Positions 1 to 9,718 of a DNA stretch of 64,000 bases are shown here, piece by piece; within the stretch, counting starts at the first letter, position 1; every line of letters starts with the position of its first letter. The stretch lies in contig CAWJGT010000003.1 of NCBI GenBank assembly GCA_963842525.1, forward strand, positions 1,056,001 through 1,120,000, written 5' to 3'. The notes beneath the pieces are model-generated. The model made no database searches. It was given only the letters and a program-made list of their open reading frames with translations, and was not told where the DNA came from. This DNA comes from an uncultured Holophagales bacterium (lineage in GTDB: Bacteria; Acidobacteriota; Thermoanaerobaculia; Multivoradales; UBA5704). The position numbers and the translations under genes were made by a program.

Positions 1-480
1 GAGGTGGAAACCGTGATCGTCCCCTTCGACCGCATCCTCGACGCGGTCCTCGCCAGCGAGGTGGAGGCCGGCGTGGTCATTCACGAGGGGCAGCTCACCT
101 ACGGCGACCTGGGTTTGCGCTCGGTCGAGGACCTCGGGGCGTGGTGGAAGGAGGAGACCGGCGGGCCGCTGCCGCTCGGCGGCAACGGCATCCGGCGGGA
201 CCTGGACCCCGAGCTCAAGCGGCGGCTCTGCCGGCTGCTGACCGAGAGCATCGAGTACGCCCTCGATCACCGGGAAGAGGCCCTGGATTACGCCATGCGT
301 TATGCCCGCGGGCTGGAGGACGATCCGGCGCGATCGGACCGCTTCGTGAGCATGTACGTCAACGAATGGACGCGCGGCTACGGCGAGGCGGGACGGGGCG
401 CTGTGCAGCTCCTGCTGGACCGCGGCTTCGAGGCGGGGATCCTGCCGCGCCGGGTCGAGGCGGAATTCGTCGAGCCTTGA
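1..480 (+). CDS. mqnD: 1,4-dihydroxy-6-naphthoate synthase (futalosine menaquinone pathway), 5'-truncated by window edge
   Basis: Motifs GVVIHEGQLTY, DLGAWWKEETGGPLPLGG and FVSMYVNEWT, typical of MqnD. Confidence 0.85.
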   Translation, partial: EVETVIVPFDRILDAVLASEVEAGVVIHEGQLTYGDLGLRSVEDLGAWWKEETGGPLPLGGNGIRRDLDPELKRRLCRLLTESIEYALDHREEALDYAMRYARGLEDDPARSDRFVSMYVNEWTRGYGEAGRGAVQLLLDRGFEAGILPRRVEAEFVEP

Positions 481-1133
481 AGCTGCGCCCGGCCGCCCTG
501 GTCTTCGATCTCGACGGGACCCTGATCGACTCCCGCCGCGACATCACGACCGCCATCAACCGCACGCGCACCGATTTTGGCTTGCCGCCGCTCGTCCTCG
601 AGCAGGTGGTGCGGATGGTGGGGGAGGGGGCGCGGGTCCTGATCGAGCGCGCCCTCGGCGACAAAATCCCACCCGAGCGCCTGGACGACGCCCTGGCGCG
701 GTACCTGGATCACTATCGCGAGGTCTGCCTCGACCAGACCCGGCCCTATCCCGGCATCGAGGAGATGCTCGCCGCCCTCGCCGCCGTCTATCCCCTGGCC
801 CTGCTCAGCAACAAGGGAGAGGAGCTGTCGCGCCTCGTCCTGCGCGGCCTGGGGCTCGACCGCTGGTTCCGCGAGGTCCTGGGAGGCGACAGCCTGCCCA
901 CCCGCAAGCCGGACCCTGCCGGCCTCCACCTCCTGGCCGAGCGGCTGGGAGTCCCTCTCGGAGAGCTGCTCCTGGTCGGCGACACCCGCATCGACGCCGA
1001 GACCGCCCGCGCCGCCGGCTGCGCATTTGCCCTGGTCGAATGGGGCTTCCCGCGTCCGCCGGGGATCGAGGAGCTGGAGGCGGATCTGAAGGTGGCGCAG
1101 GCGGTGGAGCTGGTGGAGGTCCTCACGCTCTAA
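477..1133 (+). CDS. gph: HAD-superfamily hydrolase (phosphoglycolate phosphatase-like)
   Basis: FDLDGTLIDS motif I, LSNK, KPDP and VGD motifs; TTG start overlaps the mqnD stop. Confidence 0.8.
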   Translation: MKLRPAALVFDLDGTLIDSRRDITTAINRTRTDFGLPPLVLEQVVRMVGEGARVLIERALGDKIPPERLDDALARYLDHYREVCLDQTRPYPGIEEMLAALAAVYPLALLSNKGEELSRLVLRGLGLDRWFREVLGGDSLPTRKPDPAGLHLLAERLGVPLGELLLVGDTRIDAETARAAGCAFALVEWGFPRPPGIEELEADLKVAQAVELVEVLTL

Positions 1134-1254
1134 CGAAATGTCCGGGTCACGCTTCCACCCGGACCCCTTGAATCAGAAGGATGCTATCTTATCCTGGATT
1201 CAGGAATCTGAGAGCCTTGTTGCAAGAAAGACCTTAGGGAGGAAGATCGCCGCC

Positions 1255-1845
1255 ATGCCCTCGATGGCCCACGAGATCCTCGTGGATCTCTTCAAGAATC
1301 GCCCGTCGCTCGCCGCCGAGATCCTGGTTGAGGTGCTGGGCATGTCGCTTCCGCCCTACACCGAAGCTCGCCTTGCCTCCACCGACTTGACCGAGATCCA
1401 GCCCGCCGTCCGCCGGCCCGAGCTCGGAGTGCTGTCTGCAATGGCGCATGGCGAGACCGAGCAGGGAGCAACGATTGCCGCCGCGGTGCTGCCCGTGATC
1501 CGGGGGCTCGACGACGACAGGGTCAGGTTGTACTACGATCTCGTGTACAATTCCTTGAATGAGGCGGCTCGCAGGGCATTGGAGGCGATGATGAAGGGCT
1601 ACGAATACCAGAGCGATTTCGCGAAAAAATACGTCGCACAAGGCCGCACAGAAGGCCGCGCCGAGGGCCGTACCGAAGAGGCGGCGCGCGCCCTGCTGAC
1701 CGTGCTTCGGGTCCGCGGCATTGCAGTGCCGGACGCCGTCCGCGAGCGTATCCTGGCCCAGAAGGATCCGGAGCGGCTGGAGCGCTGGCTTGAGAAGGCA
1801 GCCGTTGCTGCTTCGGTCACCGCGGTCATCGACGAACCGAACTGA
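1255..1845 (+). pseudogene. Rpn/PD-(D/E)XK-like multicopy family protein with apparent in-frame internal deletion
   Basis: N-terminal HEILVDLFKNRP and C-terminal EGRAEG...RLERWLEKA are typical; the central AD...EVQ nuclease-like core is absent (junction EIQPA|VRRPELG near 1407); RBS AGGGAGG. Confidence 0.6.
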
Positions 1846-1919
1846 GAGGGTGTTTCCAGGGACAAGGTCGCGGCCCTCTGCCTCGCAACGTGCCGTAACG
1901 GACTCGCGAAAACGGCTCC

Positions 1920-1980
1920 AACCACGTCCCCCCTCTCCCGGTCGGTGGGAGGCGATGGGAGAGGGGGACAGGGGGTGAGG
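1920..1980 (+). repeat. REP-like palindromic intergenic repeat (CCCCTCTCCC...GGGAGAGGGG...GGGGGTGAGG)
   Basis: Near-exact inverted copy at 2507-2563 and direct copy at 2651-2713. Confidence 0.85.
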
Positions 1981-1993
1981 TATCCTCTCCCCC

Positions 1994-2506
1994 ATGGCGA
2001 AGCCGAACGGCAAGGACAAGGCCAGCAAGGCCAAGGACAAGGGCCCGCACCACCGGGAGCTGGCGAGCAACCGCCGGGCGCGGCACGACTACGAGATCCT
2101 GGAGACGTTCGAGGCCGGCATCCAGCTCACCGGGACCGAGGTCAAGGCCGCCCGCATGGGCAAGGTCCAGCTCAAGGACAGCTTCGTCGAGGTCCGCAAC
2201 AACGAGGCCTGGCTGGTCAACGCCCACATCAGCCCCTACAGCCACGGCAACCGCGAGAACCACCCGCCGGAGCGCGACCGCCGGCTCCTGCTCAAGAAGC
2301 GGCAGATCGACCGCCTTTTCGGCCGCTCCCAGCTCAAGGGGCAGACCGTGGTCCCCCTGTCGGTCTACCTGCAGGGGAACTGGATCAAGGTCGAGGTCGC
2401 CCTGGCGCAGGGCAAGAAGCAATACGACAAGCGCGAGGCCATCCGCGGGCGCGAGCTGGACCGCGAGGCTGCCGCGGCGATCAAAACCGGCTCCGGGCGC
2501 GCCTGA
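1994..2506 (+). CDS. smpB: SsrA-binding protein
   Basis: NRRARHDY, EAGIQLTGTEVK, HISPY and GKKQYDKR motifs. Confidence 0.97.
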   Translation: MAKPNGKDKASKAKDKGPHHRELASNRRARHDYEILETFEAGIQLTGTEVKAARMGKVQLKDSFVEVRNNEAWLVNAHISPYSHGNRENHPPERDRRLLLKKRQIDRLFGRSQLKGQTVVPLSVYLQGNWIKVEVALAQGKKQYDKREAIRGRELDREAAAAIKTGSGRA

Positions 2507-2713
2507 CCTCACCCCCTGTCCCCCTCTCCCGTCGCCCCCCACCGACCGGGAGAGGGGGGACGTCGCTGAGGCATGAAAGGCGAGGTCGAGGCTTCCTTGT
2601 ATGTAAGGGGAATCCCTGAAGAGGCTCGGCAAGCTACCCCCTCAGAGCACCAACCACGTCCCCCCTCTCCCGGTGGAAGGGGGGGCGATGGGAGAGGGGG
2701 ACAGGGGGTGAGG
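2507..2713. repeat. Inverted pair of REP-like repeats (2507-2563 and 2651-2713) between convergent genes
   Basis: The two arms are reverse complements around a ~90 bp spacer. Confidence 0.85.
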
Positions 2714-3190
2714 CTACTCCTCCGCCCCTACCCGCCGCCGCCGGCCGCCGGTGTCCTGGATCTTCTCGAGCGCCGTCTGACCCCCGTAACGGGCCACGAT
2801 CCGGTCGTCGTAGTCGTCCGCCATCGTGGCGACCGAGGTGATTGTCCGCAGCAGGTCCCGCGGCTCCAGGCTGCGGCCGAAGAGCGAATGGGCGAAGAAG
2901 ATGTCGTTGCCGACCAGGGAGAACGACCCGCACGGGGTCTGGTGGTTCAGCTCCAGCAGGCCGAGCAGCAGCTCCTCTTCCACCTCGACGTCCTGGACGC
3001 AGTAGGACATCACCGTCACCATCGCCTCGTCGGACCCGGAGGGGTCTACGGAGATTTCAAGCACCGTGGTGCCGTATCGGACATAGAAGTGGTTGTTCTC
3101 GGGATCGTGGTACGGCTCGTCCTCGAAAAGGTCGCTCAAGTACTCCCGCACCTTGAAGAACGTCTCTTCCTGCACCTGATGCTCGAACAT
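2714..3190 (-). CDS. YbjN/CesT-like (T3SS chaperone fold) protein
   Basis: Acidic 158 aa protein with LLELNHQTPCGSF and ADDYDDRI patterns. Confidence 0.7.
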   Translation of the reverse strand: MFEHQVQEETFFKVREYLSDLFEDEPYHDPENNHFYVRYGTTVLEISVDPSGSDEAMVTVMSYCVQDVEVEEELLLGLLELNHQTPCGSFSLVGNDIFFAHSLFGRSLEPRDLLRTITSVATMADDYDDRIVARYGGQTALEKIQDTGGRRRRVGAEE

Positions 3191-3397
3191 GGTCGCTCTC
3201 CTCCGGCGCGTACTCTACCAGCATGTGAAGCCATGCCCGCCCGTTGACACCCTCCTCGCTTGGGAATACTTTTGAGGCGAGCTGCCACGGACGACCGACC
3301 CCCCTTCGACACCCTGCTTTTTTTCACCGGTCTCCGAAACCAGCGGCCCAAAATTTCACAGCAGTCGCACAACAGGTACATCGAGAGGAGGAAACGG

Positions 3398-4704
3398 ATG
3401 CGTAGGCGAGGTGGTTTTCTTGGCAAGGCCCTGGGTGTCGCTGTTCTCGGGGTCGTGGTCGCGGTCCCCCTGTCCGCGGCCGGGTTCAGCATCTTTGAGC
3501 AGGGCACCAAGGCCATGGGCATGGCCGGAGCGTTCACGGCGCAGGCTGACGATCCGTCGGCGCTCTTCCACAACGTCGGCGGCATCGCGTTCCAGAACCA
3601 CCGGGCGTTCTCCGTCGGCGTCACGTGGATCCACGGTCTGGAGGCCGAGCTCGAGGGGGACAACCCCTTCCCCGGCGTGGGTTATACCGCCGAGCAGGAG
3701 AAGCTCTCCGAGTTCCCCCCCACGCCTATTTCGTGCATCCGATCGGCGCGACCTTGAGATTCGGCCTCGGCCTCATGACCCCCTTCGGCCTGACCACCGA
3801 GTGGGAGGACCCGAACGAGTTCGCCGGCCGGTTCCTGAGCACCAAGGCGGCTCTCCAGGCGGTCGACATCCAGCCGACCCTGGGCTGGCAGGCCACCCCG
3901 AGCTTCGGTATCGGCTTCGGCGCCATTGCCCGGATCACCACGGTCGAGCTCAACCGCAACGTTCCACGCCTCAACCCTTTCACCCAACAGGTGGCGGACA
4001 TCGGCAGCCTGGCGCTCGAAGCGGATCCCAGCGAGGGCTTCGGCTGGACGATCGGCCTCCTGCACAAGTACAACAACAGCTTTTCCTGGGGCCTCTCCTA
4101 CCGCAGCAAGATCAAGGTCGAGTACGAAGGCGACGCCCGGCTCACCCAGATCCTGACCGGCAACGCGCAGTTCAACGCCGCGGTCCGTGCCGCCGCTCCC
4201 TTCGACGTCGACCTGCCGGTCGAGACCGAGATCGAGTTCCCCGACGAGGCGAGCCTCGGCCTGGCCTTCGCCCTTGGCCCCAACCTGCTGCTCGAGACCG
4301 ACGTCAACTGGACCGGGTGGAGCAGCTTCGACCAGGTGCCGATCGACTTCATCGGCGGCGCCACCAACTCGCTGCCCGACCAGAGCCTGACGGAGGCGTG
4401 GGACGACGTGTTCAACTATCGCGCCGGCCTGCGCTGGACGGTGGCGAGCGGCAACCAGTGGCGCTTCGGCTACGTCTATGACGAGACCCCGCAGCCGGAG
4501 GAGGGGATCTCGCCCCTGCTGCCCGACGCCAACCGCAACGGCGTCACTCTCGGCTATGGCATGCGGCGCCTCGACCTCGCCGTGATGTACCTCGTCTTCG
4601 ACGAGCGGTCGCGCCACAAGAACTTCCCTGGCGAGGACGCGACCACGTTCTTCGGCACCTATAACACCCGGGCCATCCTTGTCGGTGCGACCCTGAACTT
4701 TTGA
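3398..4704 (+). CDS. FadL/OmpP1-family outer-membrane transporter (1-bp frameshift in C7 run at 3715-3721)
   Basis: Signal peptide, AGFSIFEQGTKAMGMAGA, ADDPSALFHN, PFGL motif, C-terminal Phe; RBS GAGGAGG. Confidence 0.85.
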
Positions 4705-4726
4705 GCCCTTAGGGAGGTAAACGACG

Positions 4727-6122
4727 ATGCATCGTCCGAAGATCCTTGCGGTGGCGCTGGCCCTGGCGCTCCTCCTGCCGATCGCCGCTTTTGCCCAGCC
4801 GGATACCGGCACGGCCGACTTCACCCGCTACGTGGCGCTCGGCGACAGCCTGACCGCCGGCTTCATGAGCGGCGGCCTGTCGGCCAACGGTCAGACCAAC
4901 AGCTACCCGGTCCTCATCCACCGGCAGGCCACCGGCGGCGGTTCCGGCTTCGTCCAGCCGATCATCACTAATCCCGGTCTCCCGGCCGAGCTCGAGCTCA
5001 GGAGCCTGGCGCCCCTGACCCTCGCTCCCAAGAGCGGCACGGGCACGCTGCAAAATCCGCAGACCAACCCGCTGCGGCCGTTCAGCAATCTGGGGGTGCC
5101 CGGCGCCAAGGTCCGCGACACGCTGGTCACCTTCTCCGGCGGCCTCCACGACGCCATCCTGCAGCAGTTCCTGCCGCCCCTCCAGGGCCGGACGGCCCTG
5201 CAGCAGGCGGTGCTGCAGAACCCCACCTTCGTGACCCTGTGGATCGGCAACAACGACGTCCTGGCGGCGGCCACCTCCGGCCGCGTCATCGAGGGCGTGA
5301 CCCTGACCCCGGTGGCCCAGTTCGAGGTCGACTACCGCGCGATCGCCAACGCGATCGCCGCCACCGGCGCCAGGATGGCCATCGCCAACATCCCGGACGT
5401 CACCACCATCCCGTTCGTCAACACGCTGTCGCGGTTCGTGGTCAACCCGGCGACGAACCAGCCGGTGCTGATCGGCGGCCAGCCGGTGCCGCTGCTCGGG
5501 CCCGATGGCCCGGTCGGCCCGAACGACCGCGTGCTGCTGAGCGCCACGGCCGAGCTGGCGGCGGGCCGGGGCATCCCGGCTCCTCTCGGCCCGGGCGTAC
5601 CGCTCACCGACGCCGCGGTGCTGAATGCAGCCGAGCTCGCCGCGATCTCGGCCCGTGTGCAGGCCTACAACAACGTCATCCGCGCCGTGGCCACGGAGAG
5701 GAACGCAGCGTTCGTCGACTCGAACGCCCTCCTCACCGAGGCGGCGGCCGGGCACGTCGGGGTCGGCGGTGTGGCCCTGACCTCGGCGTTCCTGACCGGC
5801 GGCATCTTCTCCTATGACGGCGTCCACCCGACCCGGATCGGCTACGCCCTGCTCGCCAACGAGTTCATCGAGGCGATCAACGACCAGTTCGAACGCCGAG
5901 ATCCCGCCGGTGAACCTGTTCCCGTTCGTCTTCGGAACGTCCACCACCACCGGCGCCAGCACAGCCGGTGTGACCGGCGTGACCGGAGCGGCGGGCGAGA
6001 TGACCTCGTCGGGCGTCCCGGCGATCCTCACCAAGGAGGCGATGGACAACCTCTTCTGGGCGTTGCGCATCGACCCGAACGCCAAGAAGCCGCCCGTCCG
6101 CCGCCCGCGCGGCCGCCGGTAG
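4727..6122 (+). CDS. SGNH/GDSL lipolytic protein, secreted (frameshift near 5890)
   Basis: YVALGDSLTAG, NLGVPGA, WIGNNDVL and DGVHP blocks; C-terminus continues in ORF 5814..6122. Confidence 0.85.
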
Positions 6123-6217
6123 ACCGCGGCCCGACCGCAGTGGAGCCGCAACCAAGGGGTGGAGGGCGACCAGGCGCGTTCCACCCGGTATTGAGCACAT
6201 GCCGTAGGAGGGACCTC

Positions 6218-6634
6218 ATGAACCAGGACCTCGAGCATCTCCGGCTGCTGTCCATCTTCCACTACATCCTGGCCGGGCTGATTTTCCTCTTCGCCTGCCT
6301 GCCGCTGATCCACCTCTTCCTCGGCATCGCCCTGATCACAGACTGGGAGGGCTTCCAAGACGACCAGCCGCCGCCGCCCTTCGTCGGCTGGATCGTGACC
6401 TGCATCGCCGGCTTCCTCATCCTCGCCGGCTGGACTCTCGCCGCCTGCCTTGCCGTGGCCGGCCGCTATCTGATGCAGCACACCCACTACACCTTCTGCC
6501 TGGTGATTGCCGCCATCGCCTGCACCATCATGCCCTTCGGCACCGTCCTGGGCGTCTTCACCATCATCGTCCTGATGCGGCCTTCGGTGCGGGAGATGTT
6601 CGAGGGGGCACCTCGCCCGGTCCCGGCGGTGTGA
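6218..6634 (+). CDS. Small integral membrane protein
   Basis: RBS AGGAGG; MNQDLEHLRLLSIFHY start; 3-4 hydrophobic helices; PFGTVLGVFTIIVL. Confidence 0.75.
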   Translation: MNQDLEHLRLLSIFHYILAGLIFLFACLPLIHLFLGIALITDWEGFQDDQPPPPFVGWIVTCIAGFLILAGWTLAACLAVAGRYLMQHTHYTFCLVIAAIACTIMPFGTVLGVFTIIVLMRPSVREMFEGAPRPVPAV

Positions 6635-6663
6635 CGGCTAGAATGGGCTTGGAGGTGATCGAG

Positions 6664-6879
6664 ATGGAACGGGACTTCAGCGTAGTCATCGAGCGGGATA
6701 GCGAAGGCTACTACGTCGCCTCGGTCCCGAGCCTGCGAGGCTGTCACACGCAGGCTCGGTCCCTCGACGAGCTCATGGAGCGCGTCAAGGAGGCGATCGA
6801 GCTTTGCCTGGAAGTCGAAGACCTCGCGTCAGTGCCTCTCGACTTCATCGGCGTACAGCGGGTCACGGTGGGGGGATGA
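6664..6879 (+). CDS. hicB: HicB-family antitoxin
   Basis: VVIERDSEGYYVASVPSLRGCHTQA...EAIELCLE. Confidence 0.9.
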   Translation: MERDFSVVIERDSEGYYVASVPSLRGCHTQARSLDELMERVKEAIELCLEVEDLASVPLDFIGVQRVTVGG

Positions 6880-7100
6880 GAAAGCTCCCTGCCCTGACGG
6901 GCAAGGATCTGGTGGCAACTCTCGGGAGAGGCGGATTCGAGGTGATTCGCATCAAGGGCAGCCACCATTTTCTGCGTCATCCCGATGGCCGAGCGACGGT
7001 CGTGCCTGTGCATGCAGGTGAGACGATCGGGCCCGGTCTGCTCGCCCAGATCCTACGGGATTGCGATCTCTCGCGCGAGGAGTTTGCCGCGCTCCTGTGA
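6876..7100 (+). CDS. hicA: HicA-family mRNA interferase toxin
   Basis: GFEVIRIKGSHHFLRHPDGR and VPVH motifs; ATGA overlap with hicB. Confidence 0.9.
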   Translation: MRKLPALTGKDLVATLGRGGFEVIRIKGSHHFLRHPDGRATVVPVHAGETIGPGLLAQILRDCDLSREEFAALL

Positions 7101-7248
7101 ATCCCGAATTGGAAACTGAAACTGCGTTGGATTTTCTGTTTAGGTGATGCGAAGCGGCCCTATTCGGAGGTCACCAAAGTCTGCTATATTGATGAGTAGA
7201 GCAGTACAGTGTGCAGCCGGTGGCCCATGATGGGCCTGTAACTTTGGT

Positions 7249-7689
7249 GTGGAGGAAGCTTATGCGTACCAAATGGCTCGGACCGTCCGTCGCAGCTCTC
7301 GCCGCTTTCAGCATCCTAGTCGGGATTACATTGTTCGTAGTCCTGACCCTCCGAGCCCTCTAGCCCTCACCCACCCCGGCGGCTCGCTTGGCCGCCGGGC
7401 CCTCCGCCGTTGGCAGAACTACTCGACCCCCTCTGATCCGCTACATCGCCGCTGCTCCACGCCCGAGGACCGCGCCCTCCTGATCGACCTCGCTCAGCAT
7501 CCCGAGAAGCGCGAGCCCCCTCTCTCCTGGGGGCTCCAGTTCATCGTGCGCGGCGATGTCATGCTCGAAGACGGATCCGTGGTCACACTCGACGAACTGG
7601 CCGACGAGGCGGGCCTGCCGCGGCTTCCGTACCTGGAAGATATGCCCGACGAGCTCGACGTCGACTGGGAGGCGGAGTCGGAGGGCTGA
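7249..7689 (+). CDS. Hypothetical protein
   Basis: 146 aa ORF with plausible codon usage in the 3' half; start uncertain (7249 or 7273). Confidence 0.4.
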   Translation: MEEAYAYQMARTVRRSSRRFQHPSRDYIVRSPDPPSPLALTHPGGSLGRRALRRWQNYSTPSDPLHRRCSTPEDRALLIDLAQHPEKREPPLSWGLQFIVRGDVMLEDGSVVTLDELADEAGLPRLPYLEDMPDELDVDWEAESEG

Positions 7690-7703
7690 TCGCCTGTCGG
7701 AAG

Positions 7704-8201
7704 GCTGGTCCAGCGTGGGCTCCGCTTAGCCAGCGTGAGCTTACGCTGGCGCATTGTCTCGGGACGCTGGCCCAGCGTGGGCTCCGCCAAGACAGCGTCA
7801 GCTCGCACTGGCGCATTGTCTCGGGACGCTGGCCCAGCGTGGGTTCCGCAGAGCCAGCGTGAGCTTACGCTGGCACAGCGTCTCGGGACACTGGCTCAGC
7901 GTGGGCTCCGCCAAGCCAGCGTCGGCTCACGCTGGCGCATTGTCTCGGGACACTGGCTCAGTGTGGACTCCGCAGAGCCAGCGTCAGCTCACGCTGGCGC
8001 ATCGTCTCGGGACACTGGCCCAGCGTGGGCTCCGCCAAGCCAGCGTCAGCTCACGCTGGCGCATTGTCTCGGGACGCTGGCTCGGCGTGGGCTCCGCAGA
8101 GCCAGTGTCGGCTTACGCTGACGCAGCGTCTGGAGACACTGGCTCAGCGTGGGCTCCGCCAAGCCAGCGTGGGCTCCGCAGAGCCAGCGTCGGCTCGCTG
8201 G
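7704..8201. repeat. 62-bp tandem repeat array (~8 units) with an internal 22-bp near-palindrome
   Basis: Unit starts at 7704, 7766, 7828, 7890, 7952, 8014, 8076, 8138; core GCCAGCGT(G/C)AGCT(C/T)ACGCTGGC. Confidence 0.95.
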
Positions 8202-8461
8202 CGGCCCCACTTTCCAGACCCTCTGAGGGGATTCCTCGTACCTGCGCGTTTCACGAAGCGTGCGGTCACATCGAAGATGATTGTCTTTGCTTGTCACGTC
8301 TTGTACGCTTGACGCACTCTTCATCTAAATGGGCCTAAGAAATCGGCAGTGAAAAGACTCTTCTCCCATCCGTTTCGTTCCGGCGTTGCCACTCGTCGCG
8401 GGTTGCCGCGCGAGTTTTTTCTTTGTTCGTGCCTAGGAGGGCTTAGACCTGGAGGAATGAC

Positions 8462-9718
8462 ATGTTGATTGGGAAATGGAGCGCAGGTACGTTCGGTTTC
8501 GGGCCGCCGGGACTGGTGGCCGGAGCGGCGGCTCTCCTGCTCGTCTGCGCCGGCGCGGCCCTGGCCCAGGACCCGCAGGACCCCTTCTCCACGCCCGACG
8601 CGGTCTCCGGCACCGACACCTCGAACACACGAGGAGCCCAGGGCCAGCCGCAACCCCGGCCGGACCGGCAGACCCGGCAGGCCATCCGGGATTCCACGGA
8701 GACGCGCTATCGCGAGATCCTCTCTGCCTGGGCCTCGGGCAACACGGAGCAGGCCGCGGCCGACCTGATCGCGCTGGAGACGTCGGTCGTCTCCGACCAG
8801 GATGCGGACTCCCGCAAGCGCCTGCTCAAGGCCGAGCAGTCCGTCATCCACGAGGTGGGCGCCAGCGATCTGGAGACCCTGGTCCCCATCGCCATGCTCC
8901 ACCATGAGGTCTATGAACGCTACCTCGCGATGGGTGCCAAGGGGCGGTCGCTGGTCCTCGGCCACTCCCGCAACATGGCGCGCGACCTGGCGCTGCTCTA
9001 TCACGAGCAGTCGGGCACCGAGGGGGCCGCTCTGGTCTCCAGCCGTGTCCTGACCAGCCTCGGCGGCCTGCTGCAGAAGCATGCCCAGCAGCTCCCGGCC
9101 GCGGAGCTGTTCTTCAAGGCGCTCGAGATGGACCCGCGCAACACCGCGGCCTACATCGGGATCGCCACGATCTACGAGAAGAATTCGCAGTTCGAGAGCG
9201 CGGTCAATTCGCTGCGCAAGCTCCTCGAGGTCGATCCCGGCCATGGGGAGGCCAGCCTGCGCCTGGCGGTCAATCTGCAGCGGCTCGGCAAGACCGGTGA
9301 GGCCCGCAAGGCGCTCGAGGAGCTGACGCAGGCCCAGTTGGCGACCTGGGTCACGCCGCTCGCCTATCAGGAGCTGGCGCGGCTCTTCACGGAGCAGAAT
9401 TCTCCGGCCGCGACCGAGTCGACCCTGCGGGCCGCCATCGAGCGGTTCCCCGAGGACGCCCGGTTCTACCTTCAGCTCGCCGCGGTGCTCGACCGCAAAG
9501 GGGAGATCCGGCGCGCCCAGGAGGTGATGGAGAAGGTCGGGAGCCTGCCGCCGGCGACCGAGAAGTCCGGCCGCTTCCTCTACAACACAGTCCGCGACGA
9601 GACGTTCGTCGAGGCGCGCAAGTTCCTCGACGACAACGCCCGCTCGCGCCGGTCCCTGCTCGCCCAGGCGCTCGGCGTGCCGACGCGCGGGTCTCTGGCC
9701 CTGGGGGTGGGACAGTGA
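8462..9718 (+). CDS. Secreted tetratricopeptide-repeat protein
   Basis: Signal peptide (ALAQ) and TPR patterns such as ALEMDPRNTAAYIGIA. Confidence 0.8.
   Translation: MLIGKWSAGTFGFGPPGLVAGAAALLLVCAGAALAQDPQDPFSTPDAVSGTDTSNTRGAQGQPQPRPDRQTRQAIRDSTETRYREILSAWASGNTEQAAADLIALETSVVSDQDADSRKRLLKAEQSVIHEVGASDLETLVPIAMLHHEVYERYLAMGAKGRSLVLGHSRNMARDLALLYHEQSGTEGAALVSSRVLTSLGGLLQKHAQQLPAAELFFKALEMDPRNTAAYIGIATIYEKNSQFESAVNSLRKLLEVDPGHGEASLRLAVNLQRLGKTGEARKALEELTQAQLATWVTPLAYQELARLFTEQNSPAATESTLRAAIERFPEDARFYLQLAAVLDRKGEIRRAQEVMEKVGSLPPATEKSGRFLYNTVRDETFVEARKFLDDNARSRRSLLAQALGVPTRGSLALGVGQ

Noticed and set aside
3715-3721. Phase variation of the FadL-like gene by a poly-C tract
   Set aside because: The tract is only 7-8 C and indel errors are common in this window; it cannot be told from error without reads.
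4727-6634. 635 aa lipase-membrane protein fusion in the ORF track
   Set aside because: Artefact of the frameshift near 5890; the membrane gene has its own RBS and ATG at 6218.
7704-8201. CRISPR array
   Set aside because: The sequence between palindromes is itself repeated, so there are no unique spacers, and no cas genes are in the window.
7735-8338. ORFs across the 62-bp array and the 60.4-61.1 kb tract
   Set aside because: Repeat-derived translations; the period is not a multiple of 3 and there are no translation signals.
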